Assembly (NCBI GenBank): GCA_002633005.1
Contig: NMRA01000283.1
Coordinates: forward strand, 346,351-410,350
From: Phoronis australis
Taxonomy: Eukaryota > Animalia > Phoronida
DNA length: 64,000 nt
Reading direction: 5' to 3'
A program made the translations under genes and the position numbers. Shown one piece after another: positions 48,772 through 62,912 of the stretch (position 1 is the first letter of the stretch; each line of letters starts with the position of its first letter). The notes below the pieces were generated by a model, which saw only the letters and a program-made list of their open reading frames with translations, was not told the origin of the DNA and did no database searches.

Positions 48772-50214
48772 CTACAATCACATTTTACAAATGATTATTT
48801 ACACTTCTTCTGCACCCAAAAAACTCACAGGCTCATAAACACAACTCACTGACCACCCTATACAGTATAGAAAAATGGATCCTCAGCTCGTTTTTTGGGT
48901 GCACAACAGACGTCTCTGTGAATCCAGCATCATGCTTGGTGATTGGTGAGACCTATTTGGCAGTCGGTGAAAGTCTTGCTTTTGAGTCGGTGAATTGTAT
49001 TCGTATATGAAGGAACTATTGCTGTGAGTCTGGCAGCCTTGGAGCAATTGTATGACATTCGACAAATTTAAAGTTACCATGACAACTGCTATGCAGTAAC
49101 TTGTACAAACACGACACAGGCAAAATGCCAAGACTCATGAATGACAACTGGAGTTACTTTTGCACTTCCACTACAGATATTTCATCATTGCAAACCCATG
49201 AAACCAAGATATTTTTCAAAACTGTGACTACAGAAATATATAACAGGCACGAAAATTATGTCCTGGAAATTATGCAGCCAAAACACCATGACCAACTTTC
49301 CTTAAAGTTGCATTTTGCCCAGTTAAGCTGACTAAAACCAAAATTCAAATTAGGAGTTTTACGCTCATAAAATCAATCGCATAATAATCCTTACAGTGAT
49401 AGGATTCCATTTCCGTTAGAATCCTAACATGATAAAGAATATTACAAAGCAAAATGCCTAATTTGATTACTCATTTTTCAGCCAGTAAAACAAGGAAAAC
49501 AGTGGCTTCAATTAACATAAATCACATGGAGATTGCCACAACTCACACAGACATGATGAATCATACGCAGATTTTGTATCTGCATTCCATTACATCAAAA
49601 AGCATATCTGGGTTAAACTATTGACTAGGTGAATTTGACTGTCAAAAATGAAGATAAATGAAATTTTCATGACATTAAAATCTTCATTCTGGCCACTGCA
49701 TGCCCAGAGTTGTACGACACTTAGCTTTCTTCAAAATCTAAATTCTGCCTGATGGTTTGGTAATTGCCCCAATTATGTTGCATGCCCAGCAGAATTAATG
49801 AGGAGCATAATATGGCAACATTACACTAACGTTTTAAGTCGCATTTCTTGTCCGACTTTCAAAATTCAGAAACCCAATCATATGTACTTTTCACAAACTA
49901 TTCAAATATGCTATTTAAAAACTTTCAAAGCGAAAATTCAAAAATACTGTTGTCGCCCCAGTGTATTTATGACGGGTCTGATTACGTAAAGGACAATAAC
50001 ATCAGCAACCTGAGGCGATGTAATTAACTACAGCAGCATGGTGTCTTTGATCAATGCGGCAGATTTCGAGGTACTTGAACCAGTCGAGTTGTCCAATCTC
50101 GATCGGTGGGTGTGTCAAAGTAGGATTCTTTTCATGGAACACCCCTCAGTAACTGTCATATTCCAGACAAAAATCCCAATCACAAGAAGTCCCCCGATCC
50201 ATGAACTTACTAAC

Positions 50215-50349
50215 CTTTACTCTGTAGTATGTCCAGAAGTTCACCCCGGTCCACTGCTGACCCTTGTTCAGTTGGCACACCAAGTATGTCAAAGGCCCAT
50301 TTCAGTTTCTCCAATGACAAACCGAAGGCTGGTCTATGATTTATGTACA
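50215..50349 (-). CDS. CFAP251: CFAP251/WDR66 penultimate coding exon
   Basis: ttccag|TG YINHRPAFGLSLEKLKWAFDILGVPTEQGSAVDRGELLDILQSK G|GTTAGT; the join gives FIKLYINHRP. Confidence 0.93.
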
Positions 50350-53300
50350 CTGGAAACGAGCAGAATAAAGCCGCGTATGACATCAATTTCAACAAGATGA
50401 ACAGTTGCAATTACGTTCTGATGAACACAATTGTTTATTGCCACTGTAGTAGAGAAAGTTTTTCTCGATGTTCTCAATAGAACATGTTGGAATAAAGGTA
50501 ACAAGTTATGCCAACAAATAGGATTCTACTGCATTTACTGTGCTTTGGCATCACTCTCTATAGTACAAGTCAAAAGCAATTCAGACAAAACGACCTGGAA
50601 TTTCCCATCATGATGGCTGGGCGGAAGCTGAAGTCATCGTCGGAGAAGTCTTTTTTCATCACCGAGAGAGAAGGGGAATTAACAGAAAAGTTGGTAACGT
50701 GGCTAAGCCACTCTGTAATTAGAATTTTACCACCCTAATAATTATTACCAGTTACATTTGCTGTCAACAGAATTGGCCATTGTGTCGTAGAAAATGGTAT
50801 TTTGTTTGTTTACTTTTGTCTTGTACTGTACTTTTACCAAATGCAAAGCGAAATGCTTCGTTTCTTAGCCATTTGATAACTCGCTATAAAAAACAGAGGA
50901 ATGTACTCAGCGAACACATTATGCTGTAAATCAAACCAGCCGACAGAGATAATTACACCTTTGAGTACCCAGCTGTGACAGTTGGTTTATTTACAGCTGT
51001 TACCATCAATAAATCATATCTTAGGAACGTAAATTGTTAGAGCAACCTCATTGACAGTACATGCATTTTTTCAACGGTGATACCAAAGTTCTAACGGAAA
51101 TGCATTTGTTAGCTGTTCAGTGCTTAACTAAAATAATCACAAGATTCCCATAATTGTGACTTGGTTAGAAAAAACGGTGTTACTGAGTTCCATGCCCTAC
51201 TCAGAATGAAACTAAATATAACTATGTTAAACTGAACGTCTTTTCATACGAGTGATATTATTACGCTATGGTTGCTGCCTCGAGAGAGTACTTTCAAAAG
51301 GTTGAAGGCCAAGTGAAAATACTTACTTGGTGCAGCCAACAAGGCAAATGACAGCAAACACATTAAAATGCGTGTGTAATAAAATATTTATTCCACAAAC
51401 TAAAAAGTTAATCCAGATTTTTTCGCCGGCTTTATTTTTTATCCCCATGCACTATAACCATGTCACGTGGCCGTACAGTAACCTCTTGGGCTACAGTATC
51501 GTCACGTGACACAGTTGTTGCACGGACGTGTGAAGACGTGTGTGATATAGTGAAAAATTATATTTTTTTTTGTTTTTAAATAATACCAGTTATCCAATAT
51601 GGTTCACAGATATATTGTTTCCACGAGCCACGACATTAGAAAACTGGTACATATGAAACTTTTCAAAAGTGTATTGGGATTTGAATGTCATTCCCCAAAT
51701 GAAACAGAGCTGGCCAAGGACAATTAAGTTGTAACACAAGGTTGTCATTAAGATTACCAAGTAGTAATAATTACTACTTCTATGAAATCCAAGCTGAAAT
51801 TGAATTTCCTGATTCTAAAATTTGGGACATGAGCAATTTTTGCACGTATCGCATCGCTCAAATTGTGGAACAGTGCATGTTTTTTGCAAAACAAAATTTG
51901 AAAATAAATGTTGAAGTAACACAGATCAGTTACACATTACTAAAAACTGCTGCCAGTGACCTTGAATTTGGGATGCACAATATTTCATTTCTTAAATTTG
52001 GTACAAGCCACAACCTTGAGCAAAATATTTGTTTTATTTTCATTGCCCCAAACTGGAGAATTTTCATGGTGAAATGAGACAGTGTTTCTGTGCGTAAGCT
52101 AGTCAGTCAGTAAGTCAAAAAGCTATTCATGGAATTCAATGAATTTCAAATGAGGTGATCTCCCATTCAAATACTTTCAAATTCTATGGTGGCATTTAGA
52201 TCGTAAAATAATTTACTAATTGGGCAAGTAAGTGTACAAGCCAAGTCAGCCTATTCTGTAAAGAATGCCGGTAGTGGTATCAGTCATCTATGCTCCCAGA
52301 CAGCACCCCCCCACCCCCCCAAAAATATGCTAGTTATTAAAGTAAACATGTTTGAGTTTTGCACTCGTGAGGTATTGGTGTTCTCCACACTAAAAAATTC
52401 AACCACATTGGGACAAACACACACAATGATACTCTTCTGTTCAAAATGAAAAAATCAATTGTGTGGCATGGTATTTAAACAGGTCTGAGGCAAAATCAAA
52501 CAGGTGGAGGCGACCTGTTAATACAAGTCATCGAGAACACTAGGTGTGAATCATTCAAAGTCTCTGTTAGGGAAGTGGAATGTATCACCTCACTTCATGC
52601 TATTCAGGATAAACACGGACAAACAGACAATCGACTTGGCTTCAGAAACAGTCGCTTGAACACAAAACAATGGAGAAAGCACCAGTGAGTGTACATCAGT
52701 GAACTGTGGCACTGTACCAAACACCTGTGCCTACTAGAGCTGTACTTCAACATTTACAATTTGTGAATGTAATGTGATGCAATCAGGTGTAGTCACTGAA
52801 TGAGGGCACTCAGTGCCTTCATAAAGGGGTTCCTAGCAGTAATTTTTGAATTGATAAACGTTGCTTATAAGTTCCACTTTAAAATATAGACAAACACTGA
52901 TGAGGGGTTGTGGACAGTACAAGCGTCAGTCGTGATAGAAAATTATGACATGTTTTCCCTCGCGAGATGCTAAAGCTAGTGGCTAGAGAAGCAATGGAAC
53001 TTAATAGGCCTGTCCACATGTAGCACAAGTCTAACTCTAAGGTATTTACCCACAATGCAACAAATGTGTGAAGTACTGTCTCACTTGTTCATATGGAAAT
53101 GAACTAGTCATCATTTGATATCTTAATTATCATAAAATTTATCATTCTAGTGCAGGCAAACGTATATCATTGCATTTTGACATGCAACACTAACACCAAG
53201 AAATTAGTAAGAAGGCAAACATCAGAGCTGGATGCCCATAACAATCAAGGTAGTTTCAAGAGTTCACTTTTGTTGTTGGACATGGATATGTCAAATTGTC

Positions 53301-53403
53301 AGAAATGAAATCTCAGCATTTTAGGTAACTGAGTAGCAGATGGAAACAAAATAGCCTTTATTTTTCAGAACAAGAAACGTCAGGGAAGCTTTCAGTTACA
53401 TAC

Positions 53404-53494
53404 GTTTAATGAAATCTCCAAGGTCTATCTCGTCCACGTATTGTCCGGTGACAACATATTCGCTGTACTTAACTTCGTTGAGCATGTCATCAAT
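53404..53494 (-). CDS. CFAP251: CFAP251/WDR66 internal exon (EF-hand-like region)
   Basis: tttcag|[31 protein letters not shown]|GTATGT. Confidence 0.92.
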
Positions 53495-54068
53495 CTGAAA
53501 GAAGGTTAATGTTCCATTATGCACATGGGGTAAAATCCGCAAGATTCACGCATGAACAGTAAATCATGACAGTGACTTATTGTCCTCGTTGAAAATGTGA
53601 ATTATATTGACAGCAGATTTGTCACGGGGTTAATAAAATTTTTTTTAAGTATGCTTCAGAACATTAGTGCATAACATTAATAACATGGCAAACTAGACAC
53701 GTCAAACTGTGCAAACAACAGGTTTAAAAATTATTTATGATCGGTAAAAGCGTGACACGTGTTACACACCTTTATTGTTATAAGGAAGATAAATGAATTG
53801 ATGCAGCTTAAGTTTTCAAACATGAACTTTAGCTAGAAAGCATCAGTTGGCTTCATATTTATTTATTTATTTATTTATTTGTTTAAACTTCTTTAAAAGA
53901 CTGGGTGACCACTTCAGTGAATACACTGATTTTCAAGTGGGCCCAGTCGGAAATAATAAGCGACTCAATAAACAACCATATACGACATTCCGCATATTAC
54001 AGAACCTGACATATCTGAGTAAAAATTTGTATTTTGGGTATGATATAACGAGATTTTCTGACACGAAC

Positions 54069-54174
54069 CTCTTCCTCAGATGGGTAAAATCCCATAGCTC
54101 TCATTACAAATGGCACTTCAGTCAGCGGTATCTTTGTAGATATGCTTCTAGAGTCCATTGTGTTAACACCTTGG
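54069..54174 (-). CDS. CFAP251: CFAP251/WDR66 internal exon (EF-hand-like region)
   Basis: tttcag|[36 protein letters not shown]|GTTCGT. Confidence 0.93.
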
Positions 54175-54294
54175 CTGAAATGTGGGGAAAACAAAGACTG
54201 ATGATCTGTAATAATAATCACAAACTAAAAAACATATTAATCCGCAAATGTTAAGCCGATGTGGTAAATATAAATCGCAAACGTTTCTAAGTCT

Positions 54295-54412
54295 GGTCTG
54301 CATGCCATCTGGTGACCACATCACGTGACCTAATGAATATAAGTCTGAGAAGATTTCTGCCTCGACCGGGACTCGAACCCGAGACCGTCTGCTAGCCATG
54401 CAGACGCTCTAG
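54295..54412 (-). mobile_element. tRNA-derived SINE fragment in a CFAP251 intron
   Basis: Minus strand tagagcgtctgcatggctagcagacggtctcgggttcgagtcccgg (anticodon-like stem and B box), followed by body aatcttctcagact...taggtcacgtgatgtggtcacc. Confidence 0.7.
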
Positions 54413-54596
54413 TTGAAACTAATGAAGAGTTTACCATAGACAAACACTGTAAATAATAGGTCTGAATTATCAAGACGTCAACTTCTGGTTTTGAGAATGC
54501 TTGCCATTTGACTCTTTGAATTTTACAAAAATGATATCTATTATGTAGTAAGTGATACTGGGCTCTAACTTAGGCAAAACATTGGAAAATACCAAC

Positions 54597-54725
54597 CTTC
54601 TGATCTGAGCATAGTAAAAATAGTCTTCAAGTTCAGCAAATAACTCTCCCTCTCTGCCACCATCGAGGAGACCATAGAAGGGGATGAGGTCTTCTCCTCC
54701 TAGCCGAGCTTGGGCCTCAAGAGCA
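54597..54725 (-). CDS. CFAP251: CFAP251/WDR66 internal exon
   Basis: ttgcag|[45 protein letters not shown]|GTTGGT; highly conserved WDR66 segment. Confidence 0.94.
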
Positions 54726-55160
54726 CTGCAAGGTTAAGTACACTGATGAGTGAAAAGATTTGTTTGTGAGGTTATTAATTTGTCCACATAAGTGTTTCAC
54801 TATGTTGTTTTAATTCTGTATATTTAACAAAACCTCAAACCTTTACTACAATTTAAAACATTTTTCACTTTTCATGAGGGAAGTATGAAAAGACCATATT
54901 TATGATCACATGTGTGCATTCAAATTACAAGTCAGTCACTACTATGAAATTCAATGACAATTAAAGGAATTTAAATTGAATTTCTTGATCAGAACAAGCA
55001 ATGAGTTGATCATCACACGCATTGTGTTGATCAGAACATGCTTTTTGTTGATCATAGTATGCATTGATAATTAAATGCACCACAGTACACTATTATAAAC
55101 ACTGCATTGGTCATGATAATATTCATTACATTGACACACACTGTGTTAATCATTACATAC

Positions 55161-55394
55161 ATTGTGTTGATCTCCCACTGGTGCACTGTGGCATCAGGGC
55201 CACCCGCTGTGAACACAAACTTCCCATCGTAGCTGACATCTAGATTACTGGCTCCAGTAGGGTGCGCTATGAGTGCCATGGAATTATGCGGGTTGCCAGT
55301 CAGTGGTAGAATAGACAGACCAACCTTATCCATAGTCATGTAAGCGACATAGTGTTTATCCTTGTGTGGGTTCTCAGTTGGTATCATGACCATT
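55161..55394 (-). CDS. CFAP251: CFAP251/WDR66 internal exon (WD40)
   Basis: ttctag|A MVMIPTENPHKDKHYVAYMTMDKVGLSILPLTGNPHNSMALIAHPTGASNLDVSYDGKFVFTAGGPDATVHQWEINT AT|GTATGT. Confidence 0.93.
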
Positions 55395-56180
55395 CTAGAA
55401 AGGTGAAACCATAAAAAATCTATTTAGCACACTCATTCAGATATCAAAAATGAAGACCTCAGCACTGCACGAAAAGTTGACAGTCAGGTTATTGGACTAA
55501 AAGTTTCGTAGCAAATAAAATATGAGAACAGGGGTTCCCAAGTCTCAAACAAAAATGCTTAGGTATCTCAGGGTGGAATACATGGTAATGTTCATGAAAA
55601 ATCCTGGTCACATACCTAAGCAAGACCATGGGTCTGTTTGAAGAAAAGTGACTTAAGACTTGAGACGGAAATTTGATCTTATGCTCCACATTTTTATTTC
55701 TAAAATATAATTGAAACTCACTTTAGAAAAGAATAAAGTATCTGAGAATATACCTATAGCTGTTGTTATTGAGAAAATTTGTACAAGTTATTTTCAGGCA
55801 GTGATGTTCTCACTCAGTCATAATTACATGACCAAAACTTTACTTGGCATTTATTGTGAAGTGGAAGAGTAAGACCAAATTTCTGTCTTACGTAACTTTC
55901 ACGAACCAGACCTGAGCTTACACCATAATGTATTTCAATGTTCATCAATTATAGAAAAATTTGCATAAGCTGGATTATGCCTAACTTGGACAAAATTTCT
56001 GTTTGCCTGGCCCTTCAGATAAGTCGAATTTTATCTTGTTTGCATAAAATGTCTCGATCCAGTTTGATCCGGTTTATGCGAGTTTTGCCATTGTGTTGAA
56101 AAGGCTAATGGAAGACATTTGACCATTGGTCTGCAGCCAGTATTAACACGCATTCCAATCGCTTGCCAAGTTCTCCTTAC

Positions 56181-56263
56181 TTTTGTATAGGTGAGCCGTA
56201 GGTGGGACCCAGCAATGTTCGCCGACACATTTTGGTTGTTGCATTGTACAGTTTCAATTTAAA
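56181..56263 (-). CDS. CFAP251: CFAP251/WDR66 internal exon
   Basis: ttgcag|[29 protein letters not shown]|GTAAGG; [15 protein letters not shown] is a WDR66 signature. Confidence 0.93.
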
Positions 56264-57639
56264 CTGCAAAATAGAAAAATACAGTGTTACTTATAAACTG
56301 CATTTTCAAGTAGGATTCAAATAAAAATAGCAAATATTTAAATGCACTGATATCGCGTGTGAGAGCTGAAAATAGAGAATTCAAAGTGTTTATTGGACTG
56401 CTGGACCATGATAAAAGTCTGTACGTTGCTATTGAAAACGTGACAGGAAAAGTTCCACGACTTCTCGGATAGTTTAAATTTCAATCAAAAGATGTCATGG
56501 GGCACCACAAAACAACAAAATTGAGTTTCAAATCATGTTCAAGTAAAAGCAGACATCAAAATTTCAGCTCATCACAATGATATCATGTGGTTGGCATGAT
56601 AGATTTCTCCTCACCAGACCACAGCAATTCAGCAAATTTCAATATTCCATTGATTTTTTATCCACCTTGATGTTGTATGTGCCTGGATTCTAAGCGCAAA
56701 AGCCCATGCAATTAAAAGTGGTAATTCCTTATCTTATTTCCAAAATGTAATCTTAATTCCTTGGAATACTCATCTCCGAAATGCCGTGGTCAACATCTTG
56801 GCACAATTACCAAAGCAATGCTAAGCCACACAGGCACTCATTCTCACTTCCATTGACCAACCACATGAGGGAAGTCCAATATGCAAATTACATTACACAC
56901 ATTTCGAGCATAGAAGGAGTAACAAGTCTGCATAGTGGCTGAGAGTTTTACAGGGATGGTTGTTAGTCATGGGTGTCATTCACATACAATAGGCGTTTTG
57001 AACCCTGCTTTTATAGTCATACAGCTGTCTCAGTTGGCCGCTGTGTAAGTAAACACAGCTTAACACAGGGTTCATGGTCTTGGCTGAGAAGACAATTATT
57101 TTATCAGCCCATATGGGTTTCAAATAGCTGAGCCCAGAATCTCATTAGTCGGACCTTGCACTCTCGACCACTTCCATCACTTTTTCCGCCACAAACATCG
57201 CCAATATTGCTTTATAAAGGATTTGATATTTATTTACTTTTACCTGATAATTTCAAGAGAAACATGTTTTCAAATTTCTTTACATTTTAAGGCCGTGCAT
57301 AACAATTTTCCATCCCCTAAAGTACCTAGAGAATGGATAAATCGTCAACAGCCAATTGCATGGGACCCGGATTCTGAGAACCAGTTTGACTCCTGTTAAT
57401 TAGTGGAGAAAATTGGTTCTCAAAATGCAAGATCCCTGTGACTATTACTGGTAAATCTGTAATTATAGTTGACAGACCTGCATACACCAGAAAGCTAATA
57501 TCCCTCCAAGACTGCCAACGCCAGAACAAATTCACATGCTTCAGTTTAATTGGAAAGTAAGATAAACAGTGGCCCAAAACAAGAAATTGGTGCTTCGAAG
57601 GTAAGTAATCCAATTAGACTGAGTAATGAAAATACCTAC

Positions 57640-57783
57640 CTGATCATTGGCAGTAACAATGAAGTGTTCCTTAGTAAGCGGAGGGTACCACGCCATACAC
57701 TGAGGAATAGCACTTTGTTCTATACGGTCAGAGGCAAGGATTTTCAGGTTATCCTTGTAACTATTCTGAAGGTCGTACTCAAT
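57640..57783 (-). CDS. CFAP251: CFAP251/WDR66 internal exon
   Basis: tttcag|IEYDLQNSYKDNLKILASDRIEQSAIPQCMAWYPPLTKEHFIVTANDQ|GTAGGT; RIEQSAxP..WYPP is characteristic of WDR66. Confidence 0.93.
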
Positions 57784-58652
57784 CTGAAACATATCACAGG
57801 TGGGAGTGACTAACCACGCAGGCTGACCACCAGCATGCCACAAGAATAGCGTTCACAGACCATGCTACACCAAGACTAGGCTAGGTGAGGTGCTTTACCC
57901 CAGCGAAGCAGCAAGTCAAGTCTATTCATAAAGACATGCCCAAGTAAATCTTTGTTAGAAAGTACAGTGCTTGTAATTATTTCACCAGATTAGGTTTATT
58001 GCATTAGAAAAGGTATGGTAAGGCGCTGTCTGCAGGTGATCAGGGTGAGCGGGGAGGGGGGGATTTGTAAAGGCAACTTATAAGTCATGAGGAACCTAAA
58101 AGAATTTACTTAAAATCCAGTGTCCCTTAAAAAAAGTTGATGTTTTGTTGAGCGCTATTTGGAAAGACAATTTCTACTTATTTGGTTTGCCTATTGGTAT
58201 TTTGTTGAGGATTTTCACATAAACGAAGCAGTCTCTTCAAAATCAGACACAACAGAAAAAACACGCAAAATACACTGTATTTATGTTCAATGCTAATATG
58301 TAATTTTAAAATCCGAATGCTGTTAACCATTTTGATAAGTATCAGTCAGACCTCCATATCACAAGCCTTAACGACGTAGCTCATGACATCATTGGTTCAA
58401 CACAGTAAACCAGACATTCAGTCGAGAAGAAAGTGAAACACGCTCACAGAGAAGAAATCGTGCATTGATTGAAAGGATAACAAATCATAAAATTTTAATT
58501 TTGTGACAAATGTACGTTGGCTACATTAATTAAAGTTTCCCTTCTTCCTGTTTAGCTTGCTAAGAAACAAAAATCAAATTGGGTCTTTTATTCACTGATG
58601 GTTTCGAAACCAACAGCGACTCAAGGAAATGGTAACAAGCACCAGCACTTAC

Positions 58653-58826
58653 CAGTACTCGATCCTCTGCAAGTGACAATAGGCGTGGTACACCTGTGTC
58701 TAGCTCTTCACCAAACATAACATCACGGATGCGCTTGTAGTGCGCTCTATGCCTACCGATGTACACCCAGGTGTCCTCATCGGGGGAATTTCCCTCTCGG
58801 AACACAGTCATCGTGTACTCGGCGTC
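58653..58826 (-). CDS. CFAP251: CFAP251/WDR66 internal exon
   Basis: tcatag|DAEYTMTVFREGNSPDEDTWVYIGRHRAHYKRIRDVMFGEELDTGVPRLLSLAEDRVL|GTAAGT; 58 codons. Confidence 0.92.
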
Positions 58827-59241
58827 CTATGAACAACAAAACAAGAAAGTAGTGCATTTTGTGGGTGTCAAAGACAAAACTACACACAACCAGTCTAGAA
58901 TGGAAGATGCAAAGCTGACTTTTGACATTTTCATCACATCCAGGTGTATTTAACAAGACCAGTTCAAGACCACCTTACATTTTTAGCTAAATAGCTAATA
59001 ACCTTGAATAAATAAAATGCCACTTGCAACCCAATCCAAGCATTGAGTTTTTATGAAAAGTGACGTTCGCGCTCATTACATCTTGTTTACAAACCAGACT
59101 TCACAAGAGAACAGACAAGTCTACATTATGTATTCATAAAGAAACACTCAGGTGGTCACTGCAATGGGCCCACCTAAGCAGCCTGCGTCTGGTATAACAT
59201 GTATCAGAGACCACCTGCAATTATTTTTATATAACACTTAC

Positions 59242-59381
59242 AGCTGTGGCCAGGTACTTGGAATCTAAGGAGAATTTACAAATGGTGATGGCGTCTTTAG
59301 CGTAACGAAATGGTTCTTTGGTCTCGTCCTGTAACGTCAGACCATCTAGGACTCGAACAACGCCATTGACAAAACCAACAG
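59242..59381 (-). CDS. CFAP251: CFAP251/WDR66 internal exon (WD40)
   Basis: ccgcag|CT VGFVNGVVRVLDGLTLQDETKEPFRYAKDAITICKFSLDSKYLATA|GTAAGT. Confidence 0.9.
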
Positions 59382-60017
59382 CTGCGGAAGAAGAGAAATT
59401 CGTGTTACTGATGCGATAAGAAGACAAGGAATAATGTCGACATTTCAGTGCTTTTTCATAAAAAATGCATCACAGCATTATTACCTGTGCTGCTGATCTG
59501 TTCGGGCTTTAGGTATCAAATTGAAAATACGTTGCAACCCTAACAGCAAAGCTGTGTATTTATCCAAGTACGTACAAAAGTATAGAATTCACAAAGTAAA
59601 AAATATATATTTTCTGAAAGTAGAATCCATGTAGAATTTTGATTTTTGACTTTACTAAGCCATTATAAATTGGATCACAAGACATTATTTAGAAAAATTA
59701 AACAAATTAAACCAAAAGAGGTGCGTTTATGGCAACAGCATCAAACATATAACCAAATTTCTTTTCCTGTCAATGTTTAAAATGGAGTCTATGGTTTTCC
59801 AAATTAATTGTCATTTTGTTTTATGCAACTTTGAGTCTTTACATAATAGCTCTAACCGTTGATAACACTCTTTTGAGTAAACTCTTTGTTCAGGCAGGTC
59901 ACCAAATGTTCCAAAACCAGACATGTCGATAAAACGCATCAACGTTTACAATTGACCTCCCTTTCCAAAACACAGACAACCCACCAAAGGTTCCAAAATC
60001 AGTACGTTAATGCTTAC

Positions 60018-60157
60018 CAATATATCGACCTTTGGGGTCAAATTGGCAGGATCGAATCAGTTGGTTCTTTGGGAAAAACCTCGAAGCAAGAATTGTCTTC
60101 GCTTCATAGTCCCACAGTTGAAGTTGACCACTATAGCTACCTAGCACCACTTTAGGT
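60018..60157 (-). CDS. CFAP251: CFAP251/WDR66 internal exon (WD40)
   Basis: tttcag|A PKVVLGSYSGQLQLWDYEAKTILASRFFPKNQLIRSCQFDPKGRYI G|GTAAGC. Confidence 0.9.
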
Positions 60158-61699
60158 CTGAAACAGAACATAAGTTTTGCGATAATATTAGAATTATACA
60201 TGTTCCTCCAGGAATTTAAGATTGATAAGTATTTGTCACATAATGACCAAATTGTCCTCATGGTGATGACCAGCTACTGACTACTCTGTATCTCTCACTT
60301 CACTTCATGGATGTCACCTGAGATGTATCTTGTTTGCACTTGTTGTCCTATGTAAATATCCTGATGGTCAAACGAATAGACGAAACGTTGATTTATCATG
60401 AACTTCTTCATTTGTGTGGCGATCATCCGGTTTTTAATCTTACTATGGCGAAGAACTTGATTTAAATTGTCCTCAGCCACTTCAGGATATTCGCATGTTA
60501 AGTATGATGTCATTTTGATGTTTTAGACCCAGTCAAATAAAATGAAAATGTCAAAATTTAAAACAAGTATAATTTGGTTAGATTTACGTACCACTGTAAA
60601 CTACAAAGCACTTCAAAAATTATTAGCTGGATGTGGACCTGGTAAATATTAATCCTTCTCAATTCCCCGGGAACATACAATGGGTGCAACCATTGTCGGA
60701 GCACTTATCGGTCTAGCCGAACACATAATTTTGTAAAAATTCCAAGTACTTAATTGTCTCCGTGGTAACCTAAACTAGAAAAAAAAATCCAAGACCTGCA
60801 AAATTTTGGAAAATATGACATACCTGTGGATTTATATTCCTATTGTTGCATCCATAATAGTGGCAGGTACATCACTAAACGTCTGAATACACATTTTAGC
60901 TATCAGTTTATTTGGTAATGAATTTTTTGTGTTAAGATAAGCCAGATGAATGTTTGTTTCTTGAGATATCCCACCAACAACATTTTCCTAGTAAAACTCT
61001 TAATTGCTTGATGTTAACATGTGACAGAGGACAATTACAAAAACCTCATAATGAATCAATAATGTCAATATACATAATCAATGAGAGTCTGCTAATAATA
61101 TACCTGCCTTTCTTCCTTTGTTAAAGAACAAATGCATTATGACTTTCTAACCATCATGTAAAAACCAAAAAGCTACAACTTATCAATCAATTTAAATAAT
61201 TGACATGCATGATGACTTTTGTTTTTATAAAACCACACATGCTGTGACATGGTTGCAATCACGATTCCCTCAGGTTGTATGACTCATGTCTATTGGCAAC
61301 AGCCATAAGATGAAAATAACAAAAATATTTTTAATTGTACTTTAAAAAATCGAAACAGCAAACCAAGGAATTCAAGAAAAATAAAAGGATCCAATGACAT
61401 CCGAGAAATTGACAGTTGGAGCATAATGTTGGATATAATGATTCTCCTTCTACGTAGAATAATTTTCCAAAAGCTGTGATTTTGTATTCCATTGTTGCAT
61501 CGGGAACATTTTCACCAACTCAACTATCCCTCTTAGGTTTGGAAACAAAGCAATGCACAGTCTATGCTCATCACCAGAAATTATGCTGAACATAGACAAT
61601 ACTTGTAAATATGAATGACCATAATCATAAAAATCTGACAACATGGAGGGAATGACTTTCAAAACACAATGTAGATTGGAATTCCTGAATTCATCTGGT

Positions 61700-61840
61700 G
61701 GTTCAAATAGCTCAGTGAACTAAAGCATCTACACACTGTCAGGTTGTTGTAGGTCCCGGAATTCAAGCCTCGATTGGGGCAACAATCTTTTCAGACTCGT
61801 AAGTACCTAGGTCACCTGATGTCACCATGCATGACTCTTT
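61700..61840 (+). mobile_element. Older copy of the same tRNA-derived SINE family
   Basis: tagctcagtg A-box remnant; body aatcttttcagact...taggtcacctgatgtcacc matches the 54.3-kb copy. Confidence 0.55.
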
Positions 61841-62012
61841 TGGGTACCTACTCTATGCCTAAATAATATTATTTGTATACATGTTTACAAAATATATATA
61901 TAAATATGATAAAAAGGTATCATAGTACGTGTTGTTTCTGTTAAAGAATGTTCTATGCATAACACAGGTCAGGTGCAGTGATTAAACACAATCTATGCAC
62001 AAAACAACTCAC

Positions 62013-62198
62013 TCTGAGGGATGTGTAGACAGTGCATGTATCTCCGAGTCATGATCACGGTGAACCACGTTAATATCTGTTCCATCCGTGGTCACATATG
62101 CATGCACCGCTGTAGATGTACACAGGGCAAAGTCCTTCACCACCAGCTGCTTGCCACTGATGGTCGAGTCATTGGGATAGTTGCTGCCCCCCTTTGGC
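62013..62198 (-). CDS. CFAP251: CFAP251/WDR66 internal exon
   Basis: ttatag|G PKGGSNYPNDSTISGKQLVVKDFALCTSTAVHAYVTTDGTDINVVHRDHDSEIHALSTHPS GA|GTGAGT; 186 bp, open frame. Confidence 0.85.
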
Positions 62199-62509
62199 CT
62201 ATAATGAAATTACTTTATAGTATTGAGGTGTGTAACTAAAACAGCTAACAAATTTCATAACAGGTGGTGCTAATAAAACAACTGTTTTAATATGAAGACA
62301 TACATGACTGATTTAAACACAAGGAACCATACCATCAATGCCCCTTTCTATTCAGACTGATGATAAAAAAACATGGATCACTGACTGCTTAAGCAGATCA
62401 ACCTTACTCTACAACCATAAAAATAAGAAAAAGAATCAAGAATATTGATAATGATACCAGTAATAGTAAAAATAATAATCATATTACAGTGACAAAAGTG
62501 TTCCATCGA

Positions 62510-62795
62510 AGAAACAGAATTTTGATGTAGGCCACGTAACGGTTAAAAATTGATCTTAACTCGTTCCTTACTCAAATGAGACGTGATTTCTGGTCTTACA
62601 AAAACAGACGGTTCCTTATTCCTTGAGACTACAGTCAGTCAATGAATAAAATGACACGCTGTGCCATTTCAACTGGTCTCAAGCCGCAATAACAATCAGT
62701 TCCTTCTGAGCCCATAAATCACACCTATTTTTACTGAGGAACAGTTTGAGACCAGTTTCATAACACAGAATGGTGTAAATCAAAACTTGTTTTTG
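62510..62795. mobile_element. Degenerate palindromic MITE whose arms carry an ~81-bp TGGTCTCA...TGAGACCA module (module also at 6266-6347 and from 28854)
   Basis: 62551-62631 and the reverse complement of 62674-62754 both align with 6266-6347 (tggtctcaa..gttcct.a.t.aa.tag..gtgattt...ttgagacca). Confidence 0.6.
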
Positions 62796-62843
62796 TGATA
62801 AATAGCAGGTTATATCTGCTTTAATAATGAAATGACTACTTAC

Positions 62844-62912
62844 TCATTTGTCCATTCTTCTTTGTATGAGAATGAAATGCAAGTGACTGGCCCAAGATTG
62901 AAATCCTGATAC
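62844..62912 (-). CDS. CFAP251: CFAP251/WDR66 internal exon
   Basis: tttcag|G YQDFNLGPVTCISFSYKEEWTN GA|GTAAGT; 69 bp, phases 2/2 consistent. Confidence 0.85.
   Translation of the reverse strand, partial: VSGFQSWASHLHFILIQRRMDK

Noticed and set aside
50038-50400. 120-aa plus-strand ORF
   Set aside because: Antisense shadow of a CFAP251 exon plus intron; the same applies to ORFs at 48349, 53847, 57550, 59886 and 62021.
54340-54412. Functional tRNA gene
   Set aside because: 5' acceptor stem and most of the D arm are missing, and it continues into a body shared with the 61.7-kb copy, so it is a SINE.
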